IMG/VR virus record: IMGVR_UViG_2541047519_000001
Span: 5,123 to 69,122 of that record
DNA from: a virus
Lineage: Duplodnaviria > Caudoviricetes
Strand: one strand, 5' to 3'
Length of the DNA stretch: 64,000 bases
The position numbers and the translations under genes were made by a program. Shown piece by piece: positions 47,858 to 59,200 of the stretch (the stretch's first letter is position 1; every line of letters begins with the position of its first letter). Below the pieces are notes generated by a model. It was given only the letters and a program-made list of their open reading frames with translations. It was not told the DNA's origin and did not search any database.

Positions 47858-50800
47858 ATGAACACGGACTTTGAGGTGAAAATGATGTCGGTTATCTTCG
47901 AATTATGCGCATTCGATGCCAAGGGGCGTCTTTATATTAGCAAGCCTGACGCGCCTGACCAAGGGTACATTGCTTATGTGCTTCCGAGGAAAATCCAGTC
48001 GCCTTTGATCGGTCTTGAGCAGGCGTTGCATCAATATAAAGGTACTTTTGTCTTCTCATTGACACCGCTTCCCGTCGCAACGGAATGGGATACGGTGAAA
48101 TTCATGAAGCTTTTACAAGCCGTCCTGCCCGTTCCACCGGCAAGAGGGTTCATGTGGCTCCACGATCCACTGGCAGTTACGGCCACTACCATATCCCGTA
48201 TGGAAATAAACGCATCCGGCAGACGGATCGCTTCATCATGCAGCATTCCCATCAACGGCAGACGCTGGCGTTTCATTCTACCTGAGGGGTTAGGGCTTGC
48301 ACTCACAGACGATCACTCGATCGATATGAGCGCGGGCAGGGAAACGCCAATCCATTTCGCCGGCCGTCAGGCGCCTGCGGTGAAGGGCATACGTAAAGTA
48401 ACGATTCCTTTTACAGGTCCGTACCGGGGTTGTATGCAGATCAATGCCTTGTATATCAAAGCCAGTTCCTTGGCAGGGAGACATAAGCTTCGAACCGGTT
48501 TTCAATTTTGCCACCCTGACGTGGCGGAGAAGGGGGTGGTTAGTTCCGGCTGGTATCCGCTACTCGAACAAAATGGAAGCGAATATATCGGTTTTGTGGC
48601 GAGTTTCGATCCGTGTGCAATGGCACGCGCAGCGCGATCAATTGGAGAACCGGGCAATATTAGAACACATCTGCGTTTTACGGGACATAATTGTGATGGG
48701 AGACGTACGCTTTTGAATACCGCATACATAACAAAGCTGGGCTATCCGGTCCAAATGACGCCAATCGTTGGAAGCGGAGACGACGCCATGCTTGTATTTC
48801 ACGAAAATCCGGGAGATAGAGGGCGCTCAACCGGTCTCATGCTCTCACCGGTAGGGAAGTTTGCACTGTCGGTTCAGGACGGCATCGGGGGATACGGGCA
48901 TGATTTGCTGTGCGGGTTATCGGGTACCGAATCTCTTTCCTTTCAGTCGGGCGATTTTATTCATTATTCGCCTTTCAATTCGGCTTATGCCCGCAGCTAT
49001 CCGTTTCAACAAACGACAACAAGGAACTATCCTGCGGAGGAGATTGAGCAACTGCTTGGGAACGACTATCTGACCTCGTATGCCGTCCTGAAGCCGATGA
49101 TTCCGAGTCCCGCTCCTAATACAGTCCGTTACTGTTCGCAGTCGGAGGGAGCGGTTCTATATGGCAGCGGAAGGGTCACCGAGGAATTTAACAAGATGTT
49201 CCTCGATTACGAGCAAACATGCGTTGCAGTGCGGGAAAACAGTCCGCCGTTCCCACTTGTTCCGTACGGGGGCGTTCAAGAGGAAGCCGGACAACATCAT
49301 TTTACAGAAATTGACTATATGGATTTCGAACAGAAGGTGATAACCCTTCTCCGGCGACATCTGTTGGAAGTGGAACATGAAGAGGCCTTCAAGTTAAATG
49401 GCGTCGATTTTGCCGATATGGAATATCAGGCGACAACGTCGGCAGGCCAGTTGGTCGCCCTGAACGGCAGCCGTTATCTCAAGGTTCTACTTGGACAGTC
49501 CGCAAAACCCGATACGCCGGACTTGAGCTTTGTCCGTCTGGATGAGGAGTTGCAGAAGGTGTTGCAGACGAATCAATTGTTTCTGGTCGCTTCCTCTAAG
49601 CGGCATCTTGGTGCTTCTCCGGCGGAAGGGGACGGACCGGGCTTTAACAACCTCTTGGATATTGAAAATTGGATGTTTAGCATCGAGACGGGAACGCGCA
49701 ATCAATACATGGATTATCGGGATATTATTCTGATTAAAGGGCGTAAAGATACGGAGATGTGTATCCGAGACCTTGTCGCAAAGCCCGAAATGTGGACGCA
49801 GACGAACGATTTCTCCGTATCGGCGCTGGACTGGCCGAACGGGCAAAGCCTGGATGCATCTGTGGAGCTAGCTGGATTATCCGCATGGCTCGTGAATTAT
49901 ATCGAGGATGCATGTAACCAGCCCGATCCGGCATTCGAGAACTTCAGGTCGATCGTCAACAGCAAGAACTGGAACGGCATGCTTATTCTGAAAGCGACAC
50001 TGGCCAACATTCCGGAGGAGATTGGGATGCTTGCCGCCGGGATGGACCCGCAATACATGTTTGCCCATCACCTGGGGGCAGGTTCAACCCCGGTCAAAAG
50101 GGAATTGAACGCGGAGGAAAATAAAGCAAGCGCTGTTTTCGGGCTCATTCACTATGTTCATCCTCACTATACCCCGCCTGAAAATGATCCGTACTATACC
50201 ATCGACCCGGATCCAGGCGACTTTGATTTCAAAGTACTGTATATGAAGGTCAGTCTGTTCCAAGGCACCGTAGCCGACTTTTATTGCTTGTCGCAATTGA
50301 CGGTCAACAAAATGTTCGACCAGCCCGTCGCCGGGATCAAAGGGATGCCGAAAGGAACGCACACGATTCTAATTGAAGGCAACGAGGAGCGGCAAAATGG
50401 CCTGTTATCCTACCGGTTTCAATTGAAGCATGACTATGTGTATCATTTTTCCAGCAGTTTACTGGATCGGGTGGAGTTGATCGGGATTAGTCTGAGCAAT
50501 GGACAAAGCAGCCTAAACCTTGACCAAAAAGCCGCCACATCGTATCAGTTTAACCTGTCGGGTTACATGGCCTTTCATGTGTGTAGGCAAAAGTCGGGAA
50601 CAGAACGCTTTTTCGATGTGATGTCTTTCGGAGCGGAACCGCCGGCGAACTCGGGGAGGGGAATTCGCCTTCCCGAGCCCGAAGCGGCAAGGCGTATCGG
50701 GCTCAGTTTCTCCGCACTATCGATTACGATGAAGGTGCCTGATGTGACGCAAGCGGAAAACTCGTTCGAAGCGGGTCCGACGCGTGTGTTCGAAGTGGAT

Positions 50801-51352
50801 CCGACGCGCATGGTGTTCGACCCAACCGTCAGCACTATCCGCCAAAACAGCCTTTTCCGCTCATTTCCGCTTGAACTGCAGGGCTTAATTGTCGGCGAAG
50901 GGGATATCGGGAGCCTCGGTTATTTACCGGTCGGCGTTGTCCCGCAATTGACGGGAGTAGGCAAACGGCGCTGGCACGGGTTACGGATGCGTCTAAATCT
51001 TGGCGGACTCGGCGCTTTGGCCGGCAATGCGGGAATCGATGCGGAAATGCTGCTAGCATGGAGCCCGGATGATGGGAACGACATGCAATCGTACAACGTA
51101 TCGGTAGGGCTTAAACTTCCTTCCGTTCTCAAGCGGTTTGAACTGCAGGGTGTGATGGAACTGAAGTTCGAACATCTGTTTCTGCGATTTGACGAGAAGC
51201 AGGGATTCTCGTTGGAGATGAATCCGGTTGCGCTCCGGCTTCTTGGTCTCAAGCAGTTACCTACAAGCGGCGCGATATCCATGAAGCTGTTCGGGAAGGA
51301 TGGCGAGAAGAAGGTAGGCTGGTATGGCCTATATCATACAGAAGGGAGCTAG
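47858..51352 (+). CDS. Giant hypothetical protein A (about 1160 aa)
   Basis: Long open ORF; better RBS GAGGTG before ATG 47882; no motif recognised. Confidence 0.85.
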   Translation: MNTDFEVKMMSVIFELCAFDAKGRLYISKPDAPDQGYIAYVLPRKIQSPLIGLEQALHQYKGTFVFSLTPLPVATEWDTVKFMKLLQAVLPVPPARGFMWLHDPLAVTATTISRMEINASGRRIASSCSIPINGRRWRFILPEGLGLALTDDHSIDMSAGRETPIHFAGRQAPAVKGIRKVTIPFTGPYRGCMQINALYIKASSLAGRHKLRTGFQFCHPDVAEKGVVSSGWYPLLEQNGSEYIGFVASFDPCAMARAARSIGEPGNIRTHLRFTGHNCDGRRTLLNTAYITKLGYPVQMTPIVGSGDDAMLVFHENPGDRGRSTGLMLSPVGKFALSVQDGIGGYGHDLLCGLSGTESLSFQSGDFIHYSPFNSAYARSYPFQQTTTRNYPAEEIEQLLGNDYLTSYAVLKPMIPSPAPNTVRYCSQSEGAVLYGSGRVTEEFNKMFLDYEQTCVAVRENSPPFPLVPYGGVQEEAGQHHFTEIDYMDFEQKVITLLRRHLLEVEHEEAFKLNGVDFADMEYQATTSAGQLVALNGSRYLKVLLGQSAKPDTPDLSFVRLDEELQKVLQTNQLFLVASSKRHLGASPAEGDGPGFNNLLDIENWMFSIETGTRNQYMDYRDIILIKGRKDTEMCIRDLVAKPEMWTQTNDFSVSALDWPNGQSLDASVELAGLSAWLVNYIEDACNQPDPAFENFRSIVNSKNWNGMLILKATLANIPEEIGMLAAGMDPQYMFAHHLGAGSTPVKRELNAEENKASAVFGLIHYVHPHYTPPENDPYYTIDPDPGDFDFKVLYMKVSLFQGTVADFYCLSQLTVNKMFDQPVAGIKGMPKGTHTILIEGNEERQNGLLSYRFQLKHDYVYHFSSSLLDRVELIGISLSNGQSSLNLDQKAATSYQFNLSGYMAFHVCRQKSGTERFFDVMSFGAEPPANSGRGIRLPEPEAARRIGLSFSALSITMKVPDVTQAENSFEAGPTRVFEVDPTRMVFDPTVSTIRQNSLFRSFPLELQGLIVGEGDIGSLGYLPVGVVPQLTGVGKRRWHGLRMRLNLGGLGALAGNAGIDAEMLLAWSPDDGNDMQSYNVSVGLKLPSVLKRFELQGVMELKFEHLFLRFDEKQGFSLEMNPVALRLLGLKQLPTSGAISMKLFGKDGEKKVGWYGLYHTEGS

Positions 51353-51357
51353 GCGAA

Positions 51358-54300
51358 GTGAGCGATTTAAGACAATTATACATGGATCTTGACCGAGCAC
51401 TTCTGCCGGGGGGCAGGATGGAGCTTCTTTCGGCACTCGGGGGGACGGGAATTATTGTGGACACCCTGACCAGGTGCGTCGGCGACAACGAACTTCAGTT
51501 GCAGAACGCTACGGTCGTCTTCAATTCGTCTCAGACGCAGATTGTCGTCGAGGGGATCGAGAGAGATTTTGGATTCGGACAAACCACGGCGAATTTGGTC
51601 TTCACTGTTTCTTCAGAAGACCGTTATCATTTGGCATTGACGCTTAAGCCCGTTCAACAGGACGAAATATGGCGGTGGAGAGGATTGCCCTGGATCGCCT
51701 TTCGTCTGGTTGCACTGGAGCTCGCTGTTCAGGACCGGGACGAGCAGGCCGTATCTGGTAAACTTACTGTCTCAGCCAAAGTTGGTACTCAGTGGGTTAC
51801 CTTTTCAGCAAATTATCCATTTAAGGACCTTAATTCCTTCAATACGGAAGGCGTTATTCCCAATCTGGGAATGTCCGATTTATCTCCGTTCGCCGGTAGC
51901 GCCAATTTGCTGCAGCTGTTGCCCAATATGCTTAGAACGTTCGTTTTCACAACGGAGAATATTCGCTTCAATGTGGAGGGTAACGCTGAGAAACTAAAAT
52001 CGGTCCATGCTAGATTGCGCTTGAATGAACAATGGACTTTGTTTCCTGAAGTCGATGTGAAATCTTTATTGATTGACATCGAGGTAAACGAACGATCGTC
52101 AATTACCGATCCCGAAGTGAAGATTTCGTTTGAGGGTGATGTCGTACACAAAGATAAAGTCATCTTAAAGCTGAGCGGAACGCATGATCAGCTCAAGCTC
52201 AAGCATGCAGGCAAGTTGCCCCTCTCTGAATTTCTGGAACTGTTTGTTCCTGTTACGATGCCGGATATCGGTCTGGGTGATGTACAGGCGTTGGATGCAG
52301 TAATCTGCTTTAAGCCGGATTTCGTATATTCGCTGGAAGCCAAGATCGGCAAGAACGAGCCTCCACCGCTGCTGGCCGTGACAGGCATTCAGCTTGAAGA
52401 TATTACGATATGTGTGAATGGCGATTCGGGCAAACAGTTAGTTGTGCTGAAAGCCAAAGCGGACTTTTACGGGTGTGAACTTAAACTTGAAGCGAACTAT
52501 TCAGGTTGGAAAAATCAAGTGGCATTCAGCGATGGCCAGTGGATATTTACCGGAACGTTAACGGATCCGGAGGAAATACTGACGAAAATCGTCACGCAGC
52601 TTGATCTGCCAATCAAACTCCCAGACTTGAACGGAATCCATGAGCTCAAGGTTGTTTATAAGCCGAAAGCAACCACGGGCTTCGATGAATGGTGCATAAT
52701 CGGATATACCGAAGAATGGAAAAGTCCGATCGATGATAGCACCCGCGTTCATGCCGAGCTAAAGCTAGAGCAGAAGGTTGTCGGTAATCCGCCTTCCGAG
52801 CCTCAAGTTTCATTCAGCATGTGCGCTGTCATGAATCTCGGGAGCGACGATCTGCGAATATGCTACGATGGGATAGGCTACACCTTATACTGGAACGATT
52901 TCGAAGGTAGGTATTTACCGGAAGAGGGAAAAGCGGAAATGAAGCTTGGCAATCAGTGGACCATCGGCAACATTGTGGAGAGCGCTGTTTCCTGGGTAAC
53001 GGGCATCCGTTTCGGCCTAACACCGCCGTGGAATGTTCTGAATGACATAGAATTGGGCGAAGGATCGAATTTGATTTTTTATTTTGAGAACAACGAAAAA
53101 TTAAACCGTATTGAATTTTCTAAAGACCTGAACTACGATTTTGGTTTTGGCAATATTGAAAAGTTGACATTGACGTATATTTGGGAAGATAGCCGCGTCA
53201 TGATTAAGCTTGTCGGCGAAATCACAGACTGGTTTGATGAGCCTTTAGAGTGGGATGTAGCGGACCCGTCCAAGACGCCCGCGCTGCCCGGAATGGGCAA
53301 TCAATTGTTTAACTTGAAGTTGCTTGCGCTCGGTCAGCATATCGGGATAAAGGATACCGTCAAGAACGTTAAGGATGCGATTGATAAAATACATGGCTTT
53401 CCTGATTCCCCGCCGCTTAACGACAATTCTTCTGGAACGGCTGTCTTCGATCCGAATGCAGGCTGGCTCATTGCCGCGGATTTCGACGTTCTGAAGACAG
53501 GTAGTGATTATCTGTTTTCGCTCGGCCTCATCTTTAACGATCCCAATCTGTACGGGCTGCATCTGTCCATGGGCGATCAGACCGGGGGACTATTCAGCGG
53601 ACTCGAATTCGAAATTCTGTATCAAAAGATCAACGACTCGATAGGCGTCTATCAGGCGGAAATCCAGTTGCCGGACAGCCTGCGCTATCTCGAATTCGGC
53701 GCTTATTCCATCACGCTCCCGAATTTCTCGGTCGCCATTTATACGAACGGCGATTTCAAACTGGACATCGGGTTCCCATGGGATTTGGATTTCTCGCGTT
53801 CATTCACGATCCAGACAATCGTTCCGCCGGGGATTCCGGCAATCGGTTCTGCAGGATTCTACATCAATAAGCTGTCCGGCGAAACTTCAGATCGCGTACC
53901 TGTCTGTGACAACGGGCGTTTCGGAGAGGTGCTGGAGTTCGGTTTCGGCATGAGGCTTGGCATCGGCAAAGAGATCGTGAAAGGTCCGCTGAAAGCAGGA
54001 TTCAGCGTGACGATCATCGGCATTTTGGAAGGCGTGCTGGCCAAGTGGATTCCTTGGGATAAGGAAGTTCATCACACTGCGCTCGCAGAATCGTCCGGCT
54101 TCAATCTCCAGGGAGAATATTTTTTCCAATTAATCGGAACCGTCGGCATTCAAGGGAAATTGTTCGGCTCTGTCGATCTGTCGCTTATCAAAGCGGACGT
54201 CGATATAACCGTAACCGTGGCGACACAGCTTACATATGAATCCTACCGGGACATCGAGTTCGCGATTATTGCGGATGTCCGCGTGTCCGTCAAAGTCAAG

Positions 54301-56202
54301 TTTGGTTCTGGCCGGTTCGCAGTAAAAATCAAAATCCATTATGAAGAAAGCGTTAAAGAAAAGTTCGTCGTGGAGGCTTCCGGTAAGGCGCCTTGGTGTT
54401 CTGACCCGCCTGACTCGCGCTTGATGCCAGAACATCGTTTAGCCCCGGAGCGGGGTGACGTCCCGTGTAGGCTGAATGATGTTGTAGATGTCTCTTGTTC
54501 GGATGATACTGACGATAAACGCTCTCCGATAAAGATGAACTGGCGTAACTTACTTAAGAGCGAGCATCCTGTAAAGGCTCGGTTGACGCCGGTGCTTACG
54601 GTCAACACCGAACAGTTTGCAAATGGAGACTACGCGGCCCATCCCGCCTATGTGCTGCTGCTTGCGATGGACACAATGGGCGAGATGGATGGAACGGGAG
54701 AAGAACGTTCGGAGCTAAGCGACTTCGAAATTATTTGCAGACAGCTGTTCCGCTGGTTAATCGCAGCCGCCGGGAAAGGGAGTTGTCGTGAGGACGAACT
54801 CGATACAACGACCGTAACCCGTACGCAGTTGTGTAGGATCAAGCACTATTTAACGGGCGCACAGTCGGAAAGCCGAGACGGCCAAGACGTTGTTGAAAAG
54901 GATTGGACGCCGATCCCGGTTGCGGAGATAGAGCGTTTTATGGAGCAACATTGCAACCTGACGATTTATATGCCCCCGGTGAGAGAAGATCCGCAGGAGG
55001 GAGAAGAACCGGAACTGCCTATAACAACCTTCTTCCCGATGGTGCCATATCTGCGACTGACTGTACCAGACCCGCTCGATCCGGAAAGTATCTATATTCG
55101 GCACCGTTTTCATGATGTCGCCTGTGTAGACAACGTCTATTTGTCCGATCTTCAGCGAAGATTCATGCAGATGGCTGTTCAAGTCGGACAGGAGGAAGCA
55201 GCGGAAGATGAACACCTCGGACGATCATCCGGCCGCGCCTGCAAGCACTCCATAGCGGAGTTTGTCTTTGCCGACTATTTCCTGCTACTTTGCCGTCAGA
55301 TGACTGAGACTGCCCTACATGCACTCGACAATACGAAACATCTGCTAATAGAAAAACAATCGATCCATAATATCGTCTGTATGTATGCGAAGCATAAACC
55401 AGAAAATTTTACCGTGACTGACCTGCTCCATGCGAACCGGGATGTTCCGTTAAATTTAGAGCTTACGGCCTTTACAGGTCTAAAACATAAGGTACGGGCT
55501 GAGGACACCTTGAACGCCATATTTAAGCAGTATGTATATGTGAAGGATTGGTTCAACACATCACTCCCGGGGCAGACCGATCTTCTTCAAATACGTGCAA
55601 ACATAACGTGCGAACTGCCAAACGGCGATCGGGTATCGTACGATATTCGGAGCGGCGATACCTTGCTTACCTTGATGACACAATTCGGCTATACCGAATG
55701 GGAACTGTTTAAATCGAAGTGCAGCCTTTTCGACATGACGGCACTCCGTCCTGATGCCCAAATCTCGCTGCCTGACTTTTCATATCAACCACAGAGCGGT
55801 TACACTCTTCAAATGATTAGCGGTCAATCAGGGCTGAGCTTCATACAGCTTGCAGATAGCACAGCAAACCTAGACAGCAAGGCGTTGTTCGCGGCGGAAG
55901 AGAAAAGTCTATTAATCGGGAAGTTGATTTCGCTTGAAACTGGAAGCTTGTTCGAACAAATGCGCAATGCCCGTGCTTTACGCAATCTATCGGGCATGGT
56001 TTCGCGTTTCTTCCTGCACGGACTGCGTCTCCCGCTGAAAAGAATTAGGATGCAGGAGCAGTTGCTGGACGAAGAAGGATACCACGGCTTGTACCAATTA
56101 ACCGGACAGCAGTTTGACGTGCCGGCTTTTAAGGATGAGTTATCGTTTACTATCGACAATCCGGGCGAACTATCTTGGGTCACACTTATGAAGGAGGAAT
56201 AA
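51358..56202 (+). CDS. Giant hypothetical protein B (1614 aa), beta-rich with C-terminal LysM-like repeats
   Basis: RBS GAAGGGAG; KHKVRAEDTLNAI, SYDIRSGDTLLTL and YQPQSGYTLQMI segments. Confidence 0.85.
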   Translation: MSDLRQLYMDLDRALLPGGRMELLSALGGTGIIVDTLTRCVGDNELQLQNATVVFNSSQTQIVVEGIERDFGFGQTTANLVFTVSSEDRYHLALTLKPVQQDEIWRWRGLPWIAFRLVALELAVQDRDEQAVSGKLTVSAKVGTQWVTFSANYPFKDLNSFNTEGVIPNLGMSDLSPFAGSANLLQLLPNMLRTFVFTTENIRFNVEGNAEKLKSVHARLRLNEQWTLFPEVDVKSLLIDIEVNERSSITDPEVKISFEGDVVHKDKVILKLSGTHDQLKLKHAGKLPLSEFLELFVPVTMPDIGLGDVQALDAVICFKPDFVYSLEAKIGKNEPPPLLAVTGIQLEDITICVNGDSGKQLVVLKAKADFYGCELKLEANYSGWKNQVAFSDGQWIFTGTLTDPEEILTKIVTQLDLPIKLPDLNGIHELKVVYKPKATTGFDEWCIIGYTEEWKSPIDDSTRVHAELKLEQKVVGNPPSEPQVSFSMCAVMNLGSDDLRICYDGIGYTLYWNDFEGRYLPEEGKAEMKLGNQWTIGNIVESAVSWVTGIRFGLTPPWNVLNDIELGEGSNLIFYFENNEKLNRIEFSKDLNYDFGFGNIEKLTLTYIWEDSRVMIKLVGEITDWFDEPLEWDVADPSKTPALPGMGNQLFNLKLLALGQHIGIKDTVKNVKDAIDKIHGFPDSPPLNDNSSGTAVFDPNAGWLIAADFDVLKTGSDYLFSLGLIFNDPNLYGLHLSMGDQTGGLFSGLEFEILYQKINDSIGVYQAEIQLPDSLRYLEFGAYSITLPNFSVAIYTNGDFKLDIGFPWDLDFSRSFTIQTIVPPGIPAIGSAGFYINKLSGETSDRVPVCDNGRFGEVLEFGFGMRLGIGKEIVKGPLKAGFSVTIIGILEGVLAKWIPWDKEVHHTALAESSGFNLQGEYFFQLIGTVGIQGKLFGSVDLSLIKADVDITVTVATQLTYESYRDIEFAIIADVRVSVKVKFGSGRFAVKIKIHYEESVKEKFVVEASGKAPWCSDPPDSRLMPEHRLAPERGDVPCRLNDVVDVSCSDDTDDKRSPIKMNWRNLLKSEHPVKARLTPVLTVNTEQFANGDYAAHPAYVLLLAMDTMGEMDGTGEERSELSDFEIICRQLFRWLIAAAGKGSCREDELDTTTVTRTQLCRIKHYLTGAQSESRDGQDVVEKDWTPIPVAEIERFMEQHCNLTIYMPPVREDPQEGEEPELPITTFFPMVPYLRLTVPDPLDPESIYIRHRFHDVACVDNVYLSDLQRRFMQMAVQVGQEEAAEDEHLGRSSGRACKHSIAEFVFADYFLLLCRQMTETALHALDNTKHLLIEKQSIHNIVCMYAKHKPENFTVTDLLHANRDVPLNLELTAFTGLKHKVRAEDTLNAIFKQYVYVKDWFNTSLPGQTDLLQIRANITCELPNGDRVSYDIRSGDTLLTLMTQFGYTEWELFKSKCSLFDMTALRPDAQISLPDFSYQPQSGYTLQMISGQSGLSFIQLADSTANLDSKALFAAEEKSLLIGKLISLETGSLFEQMRNARALRNLSGMVSRFFLHGLRLPLKRIRMQEQLLDEEGYHGLYQLTGQQFDVPAFKDELSFTIDNPGELSWVTLMKEE

Positions 56203-56207
56203 AAGTA

Positions 56208-59200
56208 ATGGGTTCGTTGAATGTTCAGCTTAATGCGAAGGAAATCATCAAAATCAAGAAAGTCGCCGAGTATATCGGACAAGGAACATTCAGCCCGCCT
56301 GCAAACGTTACGGTCGGAGAAATGGTACAAGAACTGCCGATGAAGTATACGGCAGTGCAGGGCACCGCTTGGCAGGGGGCACAGAAAGATACAAATGAGA
56401 TGTTGACGCCTTTGCAAATTTGGGATATGCCGGCCGATTTTTCGAATTTGACGGCTAAAGCGGTCTTGACCGATCCTTCTGAGTCTGAAGAAACAGTCTA
56501 TTACCCTAAAGCTTTCCCAATGCGAATGTTGAAAAAAAGTGATACAGATCAGTATGAGGAAAAGCAGATTTTCGATTTTGCATGGGCAACCAAGCTGAAT
56601 GTCACCATCAGACGGATTGACGACGGCGACAACAGCGTCTTTAACAAATATACGTACGAGCTCGTCGGAGTTCGGGAATCGGATATGATTTTGCTGGAAC
56701 GGCTGATGCGGCATGTAAAGATGAATCCGTCGGATCTTCCTGTAAAAGTGAAGTTGTTATATAAAGACGAAGCGAACCGTAATGAACTGACCTGCTCGGA
56801 AAACCAGTTGTTGTTCATCCAGAAAGCGAACTGCAGCATCGAGACGAACCCGTCGGATTTGGGCTTGTCAAGGACGGAGGAAACGCTTGATGAAAGGCCT
56901 GACATGGATCTGTTCATTCGCCGTCTATGGGAAGGGAGCGTAACCCGTTCGGGCGGGTTCTTCCTGTTTCACTACGATATCGACAACAAATCCGGTATTC
57001 CCGAGCGGCTGTTCGAAGTTCGGGACGAGGCCCAGGTCAGGCTGCTGTTTCTCTGGCCTGATTACGAGGAGGCAAAGGAGGAATTGCCGGAATTGCGCCC
57101 GTATATCAATACGGTTGTAACCGACAGAATCCCAGAGGATGAAGAACACGCCTCCATTTATGTTAAATTGCTCACCTATACCATTGATCGGCCAAGCGAC
57201 GGGCATCCTGCACTTGAGACGCTGGCGAGCATTTACTTCACCGATGCATCCGTCATTGCAGTAACGAACCGTCTACTGCAACTGACTCCAGGCGTGCCAT
57301 TGCAAATAAGGAACGGTACATACATGGTAAGAGAAAGCCAGCCGGACAATTCTTCCACCATAGCGGAGCATTTCAAAATCAAGGAAGAAGACCTGTTGAC
57401 CACTAACCCTGGCTTGCGACAAGGGGAGAAGCTTCATGTATCCATGGCTGTTCGGTTGCCCGAGCTTGTGGTCGTGACGACCCCGGAGCAGAATATGGAG
57501 CAGATTTCGAAACAGTTTGGTATACCCGTGGCCGCGCTCGGCGCTGATAACCGTCATATTTCGGGCTTGTTCGCGCCTGGCGGCACCATACGACTTGTGA
57601 CGGGAAACCGAAACCGGATCGGCGTTACGCCTCCCGGAGCGGTGGAGGTCAGAGCCGTACGACCGGCTCCTGTTGAATGGTCCGACGGGGATGCGTTTAT
57701 GGCCGAACACTATCTGGCGAGCATGTTTCAAATGCTACAGCCGCGGCTCTGCCGCAATTTCGATTTTCGAGCGAGTAATCCCGGTTTACCGGCTGGACCG
57801 AAGGTGAGCGAAACGGAAGGCTTCGTCGATTTTCATACTGCCGATCCGTCTGCTGAGTGGTGGTATAGCCGTTCCATTCCGTATTCCATGCATGCGGCGG
57901 CAACTAACTACAACGCGCCTTCTTCTCCAGTATCGAATCCGTACGAAGGAGCAGGAAAGATGCTCCAGCTTGATTTGCAGTGGTTGGATTTGTTCGGCAA
58001 TCGCATCCAATCTAACCTTGACGATTACTCCGCAAACAGCGGAACCGCAAATCGGATGCCCACGATTGTCGGCTACTCTGATACGCTGCTCGGCCTTTCG
58101 AGGTGGCCTTTCGTTTCGGTTGATTATGTCTTAGAGCCAGATGCAGGAAATCGTTCTCAAGTTCTGCTGTGCATACTTCTTAAATTTGATGCATCCTCCC
58201 TCCGAATTAATAAGGGAACCCACGAAAAAACGGTTCGAAAGAGAGCGTTGGAAGCGCTGGCGACTTACCGCTCCATCTTGAATCAGATGATGCCGCTTGC
58301 TAGCGGAGGTGAGCTTGGCTTCCAATGGCGTACAAGTCTTCTTCCGGCTGGACCGAGATATCTATCCGAACCGAATAAACGGTTAATGCTGAAGATGCTA
58401 AGACGCATATGGGAGTGGTTATCGAACCTTGCCTGCCATCCAGATAAATTCAATGATCCTGATATTGCCTATACTTTGAATGAACCGATCGTTCGAAGGG
58501 AGATCAACAAATCGAATTTGTTCGAGCTTACCGTGGATGTGCTACTGACAAGACCGCTTGATGCCGTTAGCCCGTTATTCCGCTCGTCGAGACATGTCTT
58601 TGAATCTTCCACGCGCATTCTTCCCCGCAGAATCGCTGAACCCCGAGATAAAGGGAAGCCGTCCCTGCGTCAGTTTGCGATTATGGCGGAGCGGGCTCTA
58701 TGTCAGGAGAACCGGTATTTCTTTAAGCTGGCCGTCGGCTCCGACCGGAACCGGGTCGTGCATGCCCGCACCGAGCAGCCGGTATGGCTCGTCCGATTCG
58801 CATCGAAGGGTAGTAACGAAGGGCTGCATTACGACATACCCAAACTGGATAAATCCAAGCTGGCTATCTATGCCCCGAAGCCGATGATCAACCGCTCGGA
58901 ACCGTTCGAGTATAGGCAGACGTGGTGCTACAGGTACAGATCCGACGGATCCGACGAGTCCGGTTTCTACGAAAATCCAGAAGCGGGCATGGTGCAGAAA
59001 AACCGCGAGAGCATGGAAAAGTGGGCGCAGAACTACCTCGCTTCGGTTGACCGAATGCTGTCCCCTCGAAATTGCTCAGCAATGGGTGTGATCCGTAAGC
59101 TTACACAACAAGATCATACTATAGCTTTGCAAGAGCTCAAGAAGAAGCTGGCGAAGGTTGTCTCAGGTTTGCTAGACTATGTTTACCGAGACACCCCTCC

